The notes: generated from the sequence alone by a model not told the origin. A stretch of 64,000 nt of DNA from Basidiobolus meristosporus CBS 931.73 (GCA_002104905.1 MCFE01000351.1:24611-88610), one strand, 5' to 3'; numbered from the stretch's first letter, positions 41,771 through 55,559 are shown. Made by a program: numbers and translations.

Positions 41771-43553
41771 ATGTTTGTTGGTAGTTCACTTCACTGAGAA
41801 GTCACTGTTTGTAAGGAGATATATTGCAAGTTGGCCATTTATGGGGAAACTGATCAAAAACTGGTATCATCCAAAAACATAGAACCCTCCTGTTGCATGC
41901 AATTGGTAGAGTGAGGATTTTTTCAACTGCAATATGGGTAGCTGTATCTGATTGGAGTCTTGGTCAATGTAACAAGTCTGTTATCCAAACTCACAATGGA
42001 GCCAATGTAGGCCTGAAGGATATTTATTAAACTTGGTGTGTGCTTACTGAGAATAGCCTGATAGTAATTAGGCACAGCACCTGGATGATTGGAAATTCTT
42101 TCTCAGGTATGACCTCTTCTACTCTCCATATAAAGCTTGAATTAACCCACATCTATTTCAATGGCAAAGAATGCTTTTGCCAATTGGTTATTTTCAAGTT
42201 CTAAAACTCTACTGTTTTTATATCATTCTGAGTGTGTTCATATCCATATAGATTCAACATTATGGTAGAGTCATTTGCCAGAGACAACTCTGAATAATTC
42301 AACTCACAATTTGGTAAAGTAATTGAGCATCTTCAGTTGGGTGGAAGTGTTGCAACTTTGAATTATCATCTGAAGATTTGCATTAATTTGGTTACTTGGC
42401 TGCTAGCTCTTGAGCTATACTCTTTCTTGCCCAAAATCTAAGCGCACCCAATGTGTCAGCTTTACTCAGACCTTAAGGATCTATAGGTACCATTCAAACC
42501 TACAAGATATAATAAGGTGTGTATTGCTTTTTTCCATATGACCTTCCAATCATCATCAAGTTCACCAAAATTCATACCACACCATTAACCTGTATAAAGA
42601 TGGTGTAGAGTACCAGCCAGCCAGTAAATTCTGCAAAAATATTTGATATGTTGTTGGTAGTGATATGAAGGCCATTAGAATATGTGGCTTCCATGGTCCA
42701 ATCAATGGAATGTAAAGGAGAGGTTTGCGCATTCCCATGATCTTGGCTGAGGTGGTTGGTATACAGACGCATTGCCTACTGAGCGGGGCTGCATGGGAGC
42801 GGATCTGGAAAGGATTCTCCCGAGTGGCCTTCAATACAGAGGTCGTTTGCAGTAGAAGGGAAGACCTTTTCCAAAGCTCGGAAGATGCAGCGTGAGGTCA
42901 GGTGATCTCGAGTCAAGTCGGGCAATCACAAGTTCCAGGCTGATACTGGAACGTTGCGCAGGATAGACCGTACTTCTGGCCGAACCCAACCCTGAATGCA
43001 GCCGATGAAATAGGGATCGAGGCCTGGTGGGCGAAACAAAGGAGCGAAGACGCCTGTGACCGATCACCACGTAATCAAGTGTTGCACAGAACAGCCGGTT
43101 GTCACCGGCGATGAGACGAATACGGAGGCGGCATTGACTGCGACTGCGCGGACTTCATCGACGTGCAGTCACGCTGGCATGGCCTTTATCAGTGGAGGCG
43201 CTGGATCCGCGGAATTGGTCCCATTGGGCTGCGCTATTGGGGAGCACCTATTGCATGTGAGATGGGATCAAGATCACTGCCTATCGAGCCCAGGTGGGAT
43301 GGCAGACCCATTTGGACTGGTTGCATTCAAGATTAACTTTGGACACTTGGGGGAACGCGACTCAGCTGATCCCTTGCGGACGTTGATTGGCTCCTCATGC
43401 TGGGGGGATCCCTCGGGCTGCTGATTTGTCAGGGAGTGGTGCCAATGAATGCGGGACATTTGGGAAGCTTCATCCAGATGATGTGTTACAAAGAACCCAG
43501 CGGAATTCCAGGGAATCAGGGTCGTTTCATCTGTGCGATAACCATCCGCCCAG

Positions 43554-44301
43554 TATTGGCCGTTTGAAGACAGCGAGGAAATCTCGATCGAACCAGTCCA
43601 TGACGGCATGCAGCACCATAAGCGGTTACTCAAGTGGTCAAAGGTGACACTGCCCTCTTGGCGGGACTGGTACATAAGGAGGTGGATTGGACGGTGGCCC
43701 GCTCGTAAATCAACCCTAAATCCACTTTGCCATGAGGTAACTTCCACCACCTATTCGTAACCTGGCTTGGTTCCGTTGACTAACCCGTAAGGAATTTTTC
43801 AGTTTAACCGATGCTCCCTCTGCCCCAGTCCAGCCCACCCTGTCCGTTTCTCTTGGCAGATCCGACATCACCACTCCCACCCACAACCCCGGTCCACACT
43901 CTGCCCGACTTGTGCCCACCCAGAGCACATATGCTAGCGTATCATATACATATATCCCAACCCCCACCCTGGTCTCAACAAATTCTCCAGGAAGCAACAA
44001 CTTCAGCCATACGAACTCTTCCACCTTCTGGATTAAGCTGTTGCTTCCGGTCTTGATAGTGTTCAGCCTATTGGCCTGTGCCTATCAGCTTCGAAAACGC
44101 GTGCGTCGACAAGCCACCAATCTACCGATGGCCACCACCACGGACAGCCTTGTCTTGCCCCCCAGCCGATACCCAAGACGTGTTCCCACCTCGGTTCAGG
44201 AACCTCCACCAGTCTACAGCCCGGAGGTAGGACCATATGAAGTCAAGATCAACCTGCCACCTAGTATGGATCGTCCGGGATCAGTGTCCAGGTCCCCGTA
44301 G
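43554..44301 (+). CDS. 3' part of a probable single-pass membrane protein (S/T/P-rich stalk, TM helix, PPxY tail); 5' exons unresolved
   Basis: Intron 43737-43791 (GTAACT..GACTAAC..TAAG) joins phase-0 exons. The last exon, 43792-44301, encodes the stalk, FWIKLLLPVLIVFSLLACAYQL, RKRVRR and PPPVY. The region retains CpG. Confidence 0.55.
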
Positions 44302-46864
44302 AGGCCGACCCACCCCCCTAACCAAACGCTGTACCATATTGTGAATGCACTCTCTCCAAGATGTAACATTTCCCGTAATATACGCTCCCCTTGGTAAACC
44401 GCGAGACTTTCATATACTACCTCTCTGACTGTCACACTATACATAACCAATAAAGAAAACGGTTTGAGTGGAACCACTCTGCGGTGCGGGAATCATCTTG
44501 ACCAACCCTGCGCCAGTGTGTCGCGGAGAATGTATCAGCATTGAGCGAAGGACATCACGCGAGAAGGGTCGAACAACGGTTGGGTGAGAATGCAACTCCA
44601 AAAATCCTAATGGAGCCATTCTATAGTGGCATCCCTGCCTGCAAACCTGAGCCAGCAAGGTTGAGTTGGCATATCGTTCTTGGAGTAGTCGATGGAATCC
44701 ACCTGATCGGACCAGTTCAATCCAGAAGTCGAACCGGGGCGGGGAGCGCCAATCAGCAGCCACCAATCCACATGCCCATCCATAAAAAACCCCGTTACCA
44801 ACGTTTCACACCCCTCGTGGAACCTCCGATACCGCGCTACCCGTATTTCCAAACCAGCACTCATCCAATGTGCAAAAACGGCCTCACGTAGCATCTTCTC
44901 AGCCCTCAGTGTTGAGCTGCGGACGTTGATGGGTACAGCCCCACTTGATGGAGCCAGGTTTAGTGAAGTTTGCCGTATGGATCGCACCGATCCTCTACGA
45001 AGCCGGCCCTTTGCCACAGCAGCGTGCGGTATACAGCTCGGGTCATTTTTCGGTGACCAGTCCTTACCGGGATGGTAACTTGGCACACTTTACCACCGTT
45101 GATGTCGTGCCAATGATTGGCCAACCATCGCAGGCGGAAAAGAACCCAACGGGAATCAGCAGGCTGCCTGTACTCGGGTGAGCGTGAGGAGAGAGCAATT
45201 TCGGTCAGAGCTGAGTGGTGTCGACATGCATGACGCAACCGAGCTGGCCGAATGGCCAATCTCATGGGGATTGATGTCAACAGTGGCAACGATTTGCCAC
45301 CCTTGCGATTCGCCCTGATAAGTGGTGAGTTCTGAGATTCATGTCCTGCGAGGAATGGCCACCTGAAGAAGAGAAGGCATCACGTTGTGGAGCGGCATAA
45401 TCGCGCCCTGTGGACTCTGCCCGTTTCGGAAGGTTGGATCCGGCCCTTGGCAAACATGGAGATCTTTCGTGAATGTGCCGCTTTAATCCTCTCTTTGGTC
45501 TCGGCGCTCAGGCTTCATCGTTGTTGGAAGCCGTCGGACTTCAAGATATCTTCATGATGCTCGGTAGGACGCCAATCACTCCGTCTTGCTTCCGTTCTGC
45601 AGTATGGACCCGGAAGCATCGGTAGTCCCACATGTCTGGGTACTTTTCTGGGGACCCATCCTTTCCCCAGATCTCAGTGGCCTTGTGGGATTCTAGGTGC
45701 CGTCTTGAATTTGGAAGCACAGAGAAGATCCTCCAGCATAGGAAAGAATTACCTGCCGGCCATCTCCCATGGCTTGCGCTTGTTACAATATCGCTGATGG
45801 TAGAGGCGTACTTGGTCCGGCAATAGACGCTAACCCCCTCATATCAATAGCCCCAGAACATTGGTAGAGGGTTAAATCCTCGCTAGTCATACTACGTCCT
45901 TCGACTTGTGGCCAATAATAGGCGTCTACATGGATGCCCGCGGTTTGTGGGTAATACGATGGTCGCAGGCTTGAGTGGACTGCTTGAGTAGGCCAAAGCG
46001 TCCGCGCTAATGGCCAATCATGAGGATTTCTGGCGGGGGGAGGGCTCTCTTGGGCCGTACTTCTAAACTTTCGAATAGGAACTTTCCTAAAAGGTCGCTC
46101 TGCTAATCGGAAACCCATAGGAATGAACACGCGCGGACTGGATTGATGGTCGGGAATGACGATCAGATCCCTACCGTACATACACCCATCACAAATCCAG
46201 CAAGTTGCGCTTGAACCATTCCGAGTGCTGTTGTGTACATGTGTTGACTGCACTTCGTGTTATGACCCATGCCTGAAGGCCCATTGTGTTCTCTCCTGTT
46301 TGTGTTTGTTCCTACATTACAAAACACTTGAGGATAGAAAGATACATGAAAAGTCTGGGATCTTCAGGACATTTTGAACATTCGATTGCTCATGTACTAC
46401 ACACTCCTTGGGTTGAGGTCCAACGGAGATATGAATCCTTGACTTTCACTCGATTGATCAACATGTGGATAATTCATTCTTTACTAATTGTTACCACAAT
46501 CCTTGATCCTGATTCCCCTTGGTGTCTAATCGCCCGATAAGATAATGATTAGCTAAGATAGATTTGGTTCTAGGGTTGGGATGCTATGTAACATATTGGA
46601 CACCCTTTCATTTGTCAATTCTAGATGTAATCCAAGTAGATTTACAAGTAGAGTCCAATTGACTTACAGATGGGCACAGTACACTTTGGATGCCTTCAAT
46701 GGTAACATACATGATGATGCCATTGCAATTGTCTGGTTCAGCACATCAGTCATTTCAAGGGTATCAGTTTGGCTCATTGTTAATGAGTGAATCAGTTATT
46801 TACAATTCAGTCTGTGTGGTATTGGCTACATTTCCTACATCATGTAGTCCTAACAGTAATCCAT

Positions 46865-47645
46865 ACTGTTGATTTTTGTAACTACCCCTAAATATTCCAT
46901 GAACTTTGTCTCATTGAGCATAGTCTACACCTCTTGGAATATTTTCCCAAACTCCTCATTGGAGCTTACTTGGAGTACTTCATACACCATCAGGTCCCCA
47001 GGATGTGAAAAAACACTCAAAGCAGTGCAAGACCCCCAAATCTTACCACATGGACTTGCCCCATTCTGACATTATTCTGCATGTTTGTTCAGCCCAGGTT
47101 GCATAAAAGTATAGTTCTTGCTTTCATATCCATTTTATCATTGCTAGTTACCTGTTGTAGGAGTTTTTGGAGATATTGGAGGTTACTGGGAGAATAAGCA
47201 GATTATTTGGTTTTCACCTAATGATTTATTGAATGTTATGTAGTGTTTATATTCTTAAATGGTCAATCTATTTTCAACTTGATGTCCTTTGTGATTTTTT
47301 GAGTGTTTTGCTAGATTATGAGCTTGCAAGCCAAACAGATATTATCTTGATCAGATACTGATCATGCTGGTTATGATTGTTGCAAAATTCTGAGGAGTAT
47401 TGGAAGTGATATGGTGAACTAGATGATTAACTTGTTAGTCACTTTTTGAGTTATTGATCAAAAGTACAGTATTTATACTTTTATAAGAGTAGAGCACACA
47501 ATTGTGTAGAGTTTGCTGAGGAAGGTCCCAAGAATATGTATGCAAAGTTTGGGGTCTATTGGGGACACCTTTAAGAAAGCTCATAATTTGGGCATCCAAT
47601 AATTTGGTGAAAATATTCTAAGTAAATCCAACAAGAAATTTGACA
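46865..47645. repeat. Decayed Copia LTR (LTR-C) relics in both orientations
   Basis: Homology to 59341-59689 (tgttgtaggagtttttgg..., gtgcaaagtttgggg...). Confidence 0.6.
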
Positions 47646-50600
47646 GAACAGAATGCTAATCACAGAATAAAATCCATGGCACTAAGTCAGCATGAGTATT
47701 TAGGCACAACTTTATAATACAACAACCATCAGGCTTCCTATGCCAAAATGCAGTGTTGATATTCATTTGTTGGATGAAACTATTATATCTGGCTGGAGCA
47801 GCCAATAGTAATCAAATAGAATTTGGCCAGGACACCAGGGCAAAAGTTTCAGTACACACCAGTTCTTTATTTTGCAGAAGGACTTTGCTATAAGTCATGC
47901 TTGCATCTTTCATCAGCACCATCAGCTTTAAATTTGTTTTGAATCTACAGCTGTATAAAACTGATTTGCAGTTGATTAGTTGTTTGCTCAAGACCCAGGT
48001 CTCATATTTCAAAAGGGTCCAATACTCTTTGATCATTGCACATCTATAAGACATTGCCTGAGGGCTGAATGGTGCTCATCATGGTCTGGGCCTCATCAAC
48101 AAGGTCAAATTAGGCAAAGGCATGTAACTTGATTGATAGAGCAGTTTCAGTTGTTTGTAACAGTGGTTGAATCTCCAATGACTTGAGACTGAAGAAATTA
48201 CTACTTAGATACTTCTAAGCACTGTTTCAAACAAAAAACAGCTTTAGAGCCAACTGGAATAAAGCAATATTGATTTCTTTGGACTTATTCAGTTCTGGCT
48301 ATTGGTAGACTTGATACTGGATTTCTGTTGTTGTCTGATGTTGATTTTGATAGAATTTGAGTTTTCATTGGACAGTAGATTCCTGAGCCTGATCAGCTTT
48401 ATTCCTTTAGTACTGTAGAGTCTGTTTACGCTACTCCCCTTGCAGTGGCCCAAAGATAATCATTTGACACATTTAGCTTGAATACTGACTGATTTCCTTG
48501 AGGTTTTCTGGCACAAGACTTGTAACTATACCTAGACTAAGTTCTCAGGTATGTTGCATTTTTTTTGGAAACATACCATGCCTTAGATGAAGCAGAATCA
48601 GACAGTAATCTGCTACAACTCATATGTTGGCAATGCATAGGTAGAACAACTGAATTCACCCAGAACTATGAAAGAATCTTTGACCATGCAGATAGAACTT
48701 TTAACCTGTACTATGGATTGGATTCTATGCTCTGAAACCTCTTTTGCAGTGGGGAGTATTGTGCTGTAGTCACTCACTTTGTCCAGTGAATTTGCAATAA
48801 TGTACAAAGAGTTCTAAGTCAAATGCACTTAATGATCAGAGCATGTTTTCTTGATTTTTACAGCAGTTACTCTTCCAACCATGGCTTTAAACTTCCTGCA
48901 CTTAAAATATGCTTCTTCTTCCTCTCCATGCAGTTGCCCTATGGGTACTGTGTATAGTGTTCACTCAATGTGACTAAAAGTTGTGTTTGACATAAAGAAA
49001 AACTTTGCTCTGGTACACAGGTATCAGAGCAAAATTGAGAATATATCTCTTAGTTGTAGTTAGCTCAAAAAAGCTATCAGTGGCCAGTATGGTGTTGGTA
49101 GAAATTTAGATCTCCTCAAGATTCAGCTCTCAGTGCTAGAAGTTCTGGCCTTTTTCAGGAGCAGTAGCCTCATGATGGTCATGAGCCTGAGTAGCCCTGG
49201 AACTAAATGTGGTAACAATGTATTCACAGATCCTAGCAATATATGTACTCTAAGAGCATCCAGAAAACTAGTGAGAGAGTTTCAGCCATAGACCAAATGT
49301 ACAACAGCAAAACTAAGCAATATGTCAGCAAAAAAGCCTGTTGGACTCAAGCTTGATGCCTTTATAGAGTAAAAGCCCTTTTATGCCATAATGGTAAAGA
49401 TGGGATAACTGAGTGAGGGGAAAGCCTTAAAAATCAGAGCAAACATTTTGCAAAAGAGAAATATATCTGGTATTCTAACTATGACTAGCTTGACCTATGT
49501 TTATCATGTTGCTTATACTTGTATGATGTGCATTGCCAGACATTAAGCTGTTCAACAAGGACTTGTTTGCTATGTTAAAATAAAGTTTTTACATCAATAG
49601 AGTATTGGTTGTTATTAATGCACTGACATGTCTAAGTGACCCAGAGTGTTCTTGTATACTGCCAGCCAAACCCTTTCTTTGAGTACTTTCATATGTTTTC
49701 ATATTCATAATAAAGTTGTTGCAGAGCCAAGCTATTATTGAATCCACAATACCATCATAACAGAGGAACAGAAGTAGAACACCAGAAAAATATCAGCAGA
49801 ATACCATATGAGATCCAGGCCAATACATTTATCCTGGTGTAATGGGAACCCATTCACTGTCTGATCCAGAAGTTGGGTTTCTATGGGTTATTATGTTGGG
49901 CATAGCAGCTTTAGGTCGCAGGTGTGGGGTATATTGTCTTATAAGTGATCTAGAGTTATACGCCTAATGCAGAGGTTGCGTTTGAAGCCAAGCTTGCCAA
50001 GCTTAAAGTGAATCCTCCCCATTCCACCGTCTACAAAGTAAGCACCCTCATCAACTCATTGGGTCTCTCTTGGCTGAAGCCTTGGATGCAGTGTATGCTA
50101 TGATGGCCCGTATGAGTCCAGAATGCCTCAAATGGGAATGATGATCTAGTGGAAAGAGACCGTGAGGGGGACTTAGCATCCAATGCCGCTGCAATACTGA
50201 CCATATGCTTGCGTGTATCGGGCCTAGACTTCCTTGTCATTCACTGCAATCACCAACCATATGCCCGGTGAATGGATCTGATAAGAGAATGCTGGCACCC
50301 GCATGATTCCACCTGAAACACCACTCTTCACTCGCACAAATTACGGAGCGGGTGATTATCCGAAGAGCGCTGGGGGCAATGTTGGATTGAATCAGAGCAT
50401 ATCTGGAAACATCTCGGATCGTCACGTGACAGGCCATGCCGGGTATTCGAGAAGGGAAAATACCTGGTATCTCGTTGAGTGAACGACGAACGGACCAATC
50501 GCCTTTTTGTGCCGGTCACCATCGAGAGGGGCGAGATCACGGAGCAACCCACACAATGCAAGGGATGCAACGAAGACACATTAGCATCCATGGACACACT

Positions 50601-51434
50601 GCTAACTACCTATGGGACCTCGGTACTCGAGAAAGGCGATTACTGGAGTTGGGAGCTGCTGGTGTGGAGAGACTGCTTATAGCTCATCCACCTGGGGACA
50701 CCGATAGAGATGGCATATGAAAGTGAGGAATTGTTGCGGCATGCTGAGCCCGGGTTGTGATTACCGCTGGCATCATTGGCAGGGTTCTTGGTCCTTTTCT
50801 GGACGGCGTAGGCCAATCCTAGCGACCCGTTGGGCATCCCTCGAACTCGACAGGTTGGGGTTGGCAGATACTGAATACTCGAGGCTGGCCCAGTCAGGCA
50901 TCTTCCAACAATGCTACGACTAACAGGCAATCCAAACAATCTCTGGCTTGAATTAGATACGTCAATCAACCCCAGACGTGGCCCCGGCCATTAGATGGCT
51001 AGCATAACTCAGCAAGCACTACACACTACGCGTTCCACGCAGAGCGGCATTTCACCCATCCTGGGAAATGATCTGTCACGCGAGAATTCTGCAAATCACC
51101 ATCAGCGTTGGCGGATGGGATGCAATCTCATCGGGAAATCTTGATCAGCTTACTAATTGCAGCGTATGAGGGATTTTTCCGGGGTTCACAGCACGAACTA
51201 CCCAATATGGGGATCCGGCTGTTTGAATTGGCTCCGATAAGCGTGATGGAACTCAAATACGCTTGTCCGAGAATCGCGGGACCGCCTTACGTTGGGTCCT
51301 AGCCAATGCGGTGAGACATTGATCAGGTTAAGCAAGTGCCGAGCAATGGAGCTGGACGACAATTAAACATTCTACGCTGTTAGTTTATTCTGAGGCAGAT
51401 GGATGGTCAACAAATGGTGCATCAGGGGAATGGA

Positions 51435-52870
51435 TCACTTTCGGCCCTCCAGCACTCGCTGGAGCAGCCAACCAACCGGTGGTAGTGTTAAGACGATTTT
51501 GAGTGCGATAGTGCAGGCAGGTAAAACCGCAGTGATCAGGCTGAGAGACGGTGGCTTTCCTTCGCGCACATAACCCCAGTACGGCGTGGTGATTAGCAGG
51601 TCATGGGTGAACCCGATGCAAAGGGCCAGCCAGCCGAGGCGGGACTGTATAAAGCGCCATTCGCGCCAGCTCAAGCTACTGGAGATGTTAGGCAACGAGG
51701 AGATGGACAGGATCCCATAGAGTAAGATCGATACATTGGCGAAGAGCAGCCCAAGCTGGTCCTGGAAGCTGAAGTGGCTCTGGAATGTATGAAATGAGCT
51801 GATGGCACCCATGCAGCCATGGATCAAGATGCCAGCAAACCCAAGCAAGCCAAGGTTCTTTCGATGGTTCAGCCAGTGCGCCAGCCACATCGGGAACGGC
51901 CTGGACGCGGTACCTCTCATCAACTGAACAACATTCGCCACGCACCCAGCCAGATTGGTGATGGCAAACATGTTGATTGCAGTGCAGGCAACAATGCGGT
52001 TCATAAGCTATCCAGTAAGTGTTAGAGGCCGGACTCACGAGGATCACGTGGCGCTGCAGTACTTACGATCAGAGGAAAGTCATTTATCGAGGACTTTTTC
52101 ACTGCGTACTCCGTAATGACAACGTAGAGGGTGAATGCTACATACACCAGGACTGCGAAGAAGAATGGGATTCTCCATTCCTCGAAAAATGCCAGCGGGA
52201 GCGCTTCGACATCCCGAGCCTGCGATAATGTGCCTGCATTGACTGCATGATAGCTACTTGCTGCGGTTAGTGCATGGCGCTGAGACAATGAGAAAAGGAG
52301 CCCTTACCCCATCTTTTTCACCAGAAGCGAGAGACAGTCATGCAACTGGGAATCGTCTGTGCAGATGTACACCTGTTGGTTGGTCTGGCGGGTTTGGTTT
52401 TGCAGGCTGTAGGCCGATATGGTGTTAAATGCTTTCGCGATTTTACTCTTTGGGAGTAGCAGCTGCAGTTTTTCAACAATGCAAAGGCCCCCGCTGAGGG
52501 ATTCCTTGAGGCTTTTCGGGTTAGACACATCGACCACCACTTTCCCGGTGAGCGCATCACCATGCTGCTCCACAAAGGACCTATGGTGGGCCCACGGGAT
52601 GGTTAGAAACAGAGTCGAGCACGAGGAGATCACCTCTTGGTAGGTCACCACTTTGCAAGGTAGCTCGAATTCGACTTTGGCTGGATCTCGCGACCCTAAT
52701 ATTACCTCTATATCACTCGCTACCATGCGCGCAGCAAGGGCTCGACCGTACCAGCCGGTTCCTATGATACCTATCCTGGATTCATTCATCGTAGGCCCGT
52801 TCGTATTGATTACCGATGGTTTCTCATCGATGTCGATGAAGGAAGCGACGCGCTCATTTGGTTCGGCCAT
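51435..52870 (-). CDS. STEAP: STEAP2/3/4-like metalloreductase (N-terminal F420:NADP oxidoreductase-like domain plus ferric-reductase TM domain), 3 exons, 440 aa
   Basis: Exons 52870-52308, 52253-52067 and 52007-51435 (1323 nt). Introns of 54 and 59 nt have GTAAG donors and CTAAC branch sites. Motifs: IGIIGTGWYG, GSRDP, DVSNP, KAFNTISAYSL, QLMRGT..FPMWL.HWL.HRKNLGLL, WREWRFIQSRLG and two TM histidines. Confidence 0.92.
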
Positions 52871-54966
52871 GGTAATGCTAAAGTTAGGCTGCTTGATGGA
52901 GTCCGATTTGCTGCTCCGAGAAGATGTGCTGCGCTTTTATGCATCCCAGTTGATGCTACGAACGACGCTATGACTTCACTGTCGACCCATGCAAATTTTC
53001 TCCAACTCAACCCATTGGACTACAGACACGGTTGATAAGCTCACATCCCCCCCCCCACGAATTGTTGGCTGGATGGCAGCTCGTGGGTCCACTTCATTAC
53101 GCACGTCTAGTGAAAGCAATCAAGTGAATCCCACCACTCCCCAGAGATACGCTGCTGCCAATGGATTGATCTGCTTAATACAACTGAATCACCCTGAATA
53201 GCGTGACCGCGTTAGAAGATGATTTGCGCAGGGCTTGCCTTCTCACCCGCACGTTCATTTGTGGACGCACTCCATCGCCCTTGACGGAATGTTTGGCAGA
53301 TAAGCCAAATATGGTGTCAGTTTCCCGGTACTTGCGAGTATCTGACTGATTGGCACAAGCGCCAAGTAGCTCGTTGCTCGCACCCGGCAACCAACAGGAC
53401 AGTCCTTCACTTCGCAGGACCAACATTCAGCATGGTATTCAGCGTACTCGGGAAGAGTGGTGCTCTGAAGCTCCACCCGCTCAACTTGGGGGCTTGCATT
53501 TGACAAGGTGCGCCCCACTACGCAACTGAAAGCAGTATCAAGATCCCGCCAATGCGGATGTTGTTTGTTTTTCCTGGTGATCTGGTTGAGATCGCTGTAC
53601 CTATTAGGCTTGATCCATTGTAGGTTAGCATGCGACTCGTTGCTAGCAAATGACCACTTCAGATCTGACAATTTGGAGACGTCCGGATGCACCGTTGGAT
53701 GGTCAAATCCGGGAAAATAGTGCTACTTGGCCACGGTGCGATGTCCATGAGTTTGCATCAAGATTACTTCGAGACTGATCCACTGGCTGTAGGCAAATGA
53801 GTCAGCGGCATTTTGGGGAAAAGCGCATTGAGCTGAATGGTGTTTGGTTCGCTGTACCTAGCCTGGTCTGATAGTGCATCGCAATTGGCCACCATATGAA
53901 AGACGGATAGTTACTGATAGAGCAGCATCGATTGCACGAATTTCAAATTCTTTGATCGACCAGAGCAACGGAGGGGACTATTGCATGACCGTAGCAGTTG
54001 TTTTTACGGAACTTCACGGGCGTAATTGGGTTCGATGAGACCCAAGTATTATCTCGGTATCATGTAACTCGCGGTCAGAGTAGTAAGTTAGTTTGGAGAT
54101 GACGCAAATTTGCCTTGGATTGCTCACGAAAATTCCCATCCGGTACAAGCACCTATGGGCACTACGAATTAAGAGCATGGTGTGAGCGTTGAGTGAGACT
54201 GGCCCATTGGCATCGTCTGGAAGTGACCATCAAGGTTTCGAAAAGCGATGAGGAACGGGTTTGCTTGTTGATAGAACCGTCACTTCCGTATAAAAGTAGC
54301 AGTGTTTACAATTGAGTCTGTTACAAATTGGGTAGTATAGTCTCAGGAGAAACAAAGTAATTCGCACAGGCTCCATGCTCACAGCGTGCACAGAGATACC
54401 TGTCAGGCTCATGGAAGCTTATGAGCTCTCAAAGGCATAATAGGGCGTTGTGAAGGAAGCATACAAGTACAAGGAGCGCAGTATTAAACACCCTCCTAGC
54501 TTTAAATGCGGTCAATTGTAGAATGCGTAGTGAGTGACCATCAAAGATTATAATCTGTCTCTCGAGGCCGTACTCAGTTATGGATTATGGCAAGCGCATG
54601 AGCGCCCATTAAGCCCTGTAATGACTGTATAAGCTTATCACCATTGTATTTGCTGGTTTGTTGAGCTCAAACAAAGTATGAATACTTTTATAGAGCAATA
54701 CATATGTAAGCAAAGTGGTGTTTAATAGTGCGATGGAGCTTAGCTATGTATAGAACTTGGGTCATTTAAAAACGGCCCTGAGAATTTTATATGCCTCAAG
54801 GACTGTACTATTTCAAAGAAATTGTCAATGTCACATGCTCCGAGAATTGCAGGATTGTCAGGACTGTTGAAAGTGACCAGGAGTCAGAGCATTAGTATGA
54901 TATTTACTGCTTGGTGTGGTGCAGTCAAGCAACTTATGCACATATTTGGGAGAGCATTTTGGAATA

Positions 54967-55314
54967 TGCTGTAAGGGTCATGTAGATACTGAAAGTGATT
55001 GGGAGAACAAGTAGATTATGTGGTTTTCCCTTAATGATTTAATGAATGTACAAGTAGTATTTATACTTTTACATGGTCTTGGAGAAACAAACACTAGAAT
55101 ATGCTCAGGAAGGTCCCAAGAGCATGTGTACAAAGCTTGGGGCTGTTTGAGCAACTTAGAATATTTTCACAAAGACATCAGGTACCCCAAACATGAATAT
55201 TCAATAAGTAAATCCCAACAAGGAATTTGGTCAGTATTCTTTAAGATTTAAAGGTAACAATCTAAGTGACTAAGTTAAGTTAATATTTAGGTGGAGTTAT
55301 AAATTTTTACAACA
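54967..55314 (-). repeat. Solo Copia LTR-C (348 bp) with 5-bp TSD GAATA/AAATA
   Basis: TGCTGTAA...TTACAACA, homologous to 59341-59689; the TSD has one mismatch. Confidence 0.75.
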
Positions 55315-55559
55315 AAATAGGCATTTTCTGAAGTAGTTTGATTCACACCTATATTAATCTTATATGTTAAGTTTCCATATAGATAATGGAGACTAGGCTG
55401 GTTACCATTTATGCTAAAACTAATAAGCAGCTTATCACTTTGTCTACAGAGAATCACTCCAAAAATATGAAGGAAAAACACCAGTGAATGCAAGCAAAAT
55501 ATCATTCAAATACCAGCAGATTATGAAATGAATTCAAGTGTAAGGGATAATTTAGGTGA

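Noticed and set aside
43274-43750. ABC-transporter H-loop-like VTHHLDEA in a minus-strand ORF
   Set aside because: No Walker A, signature motif or correctly spaced Walker B; splice signals favour the plus strand.
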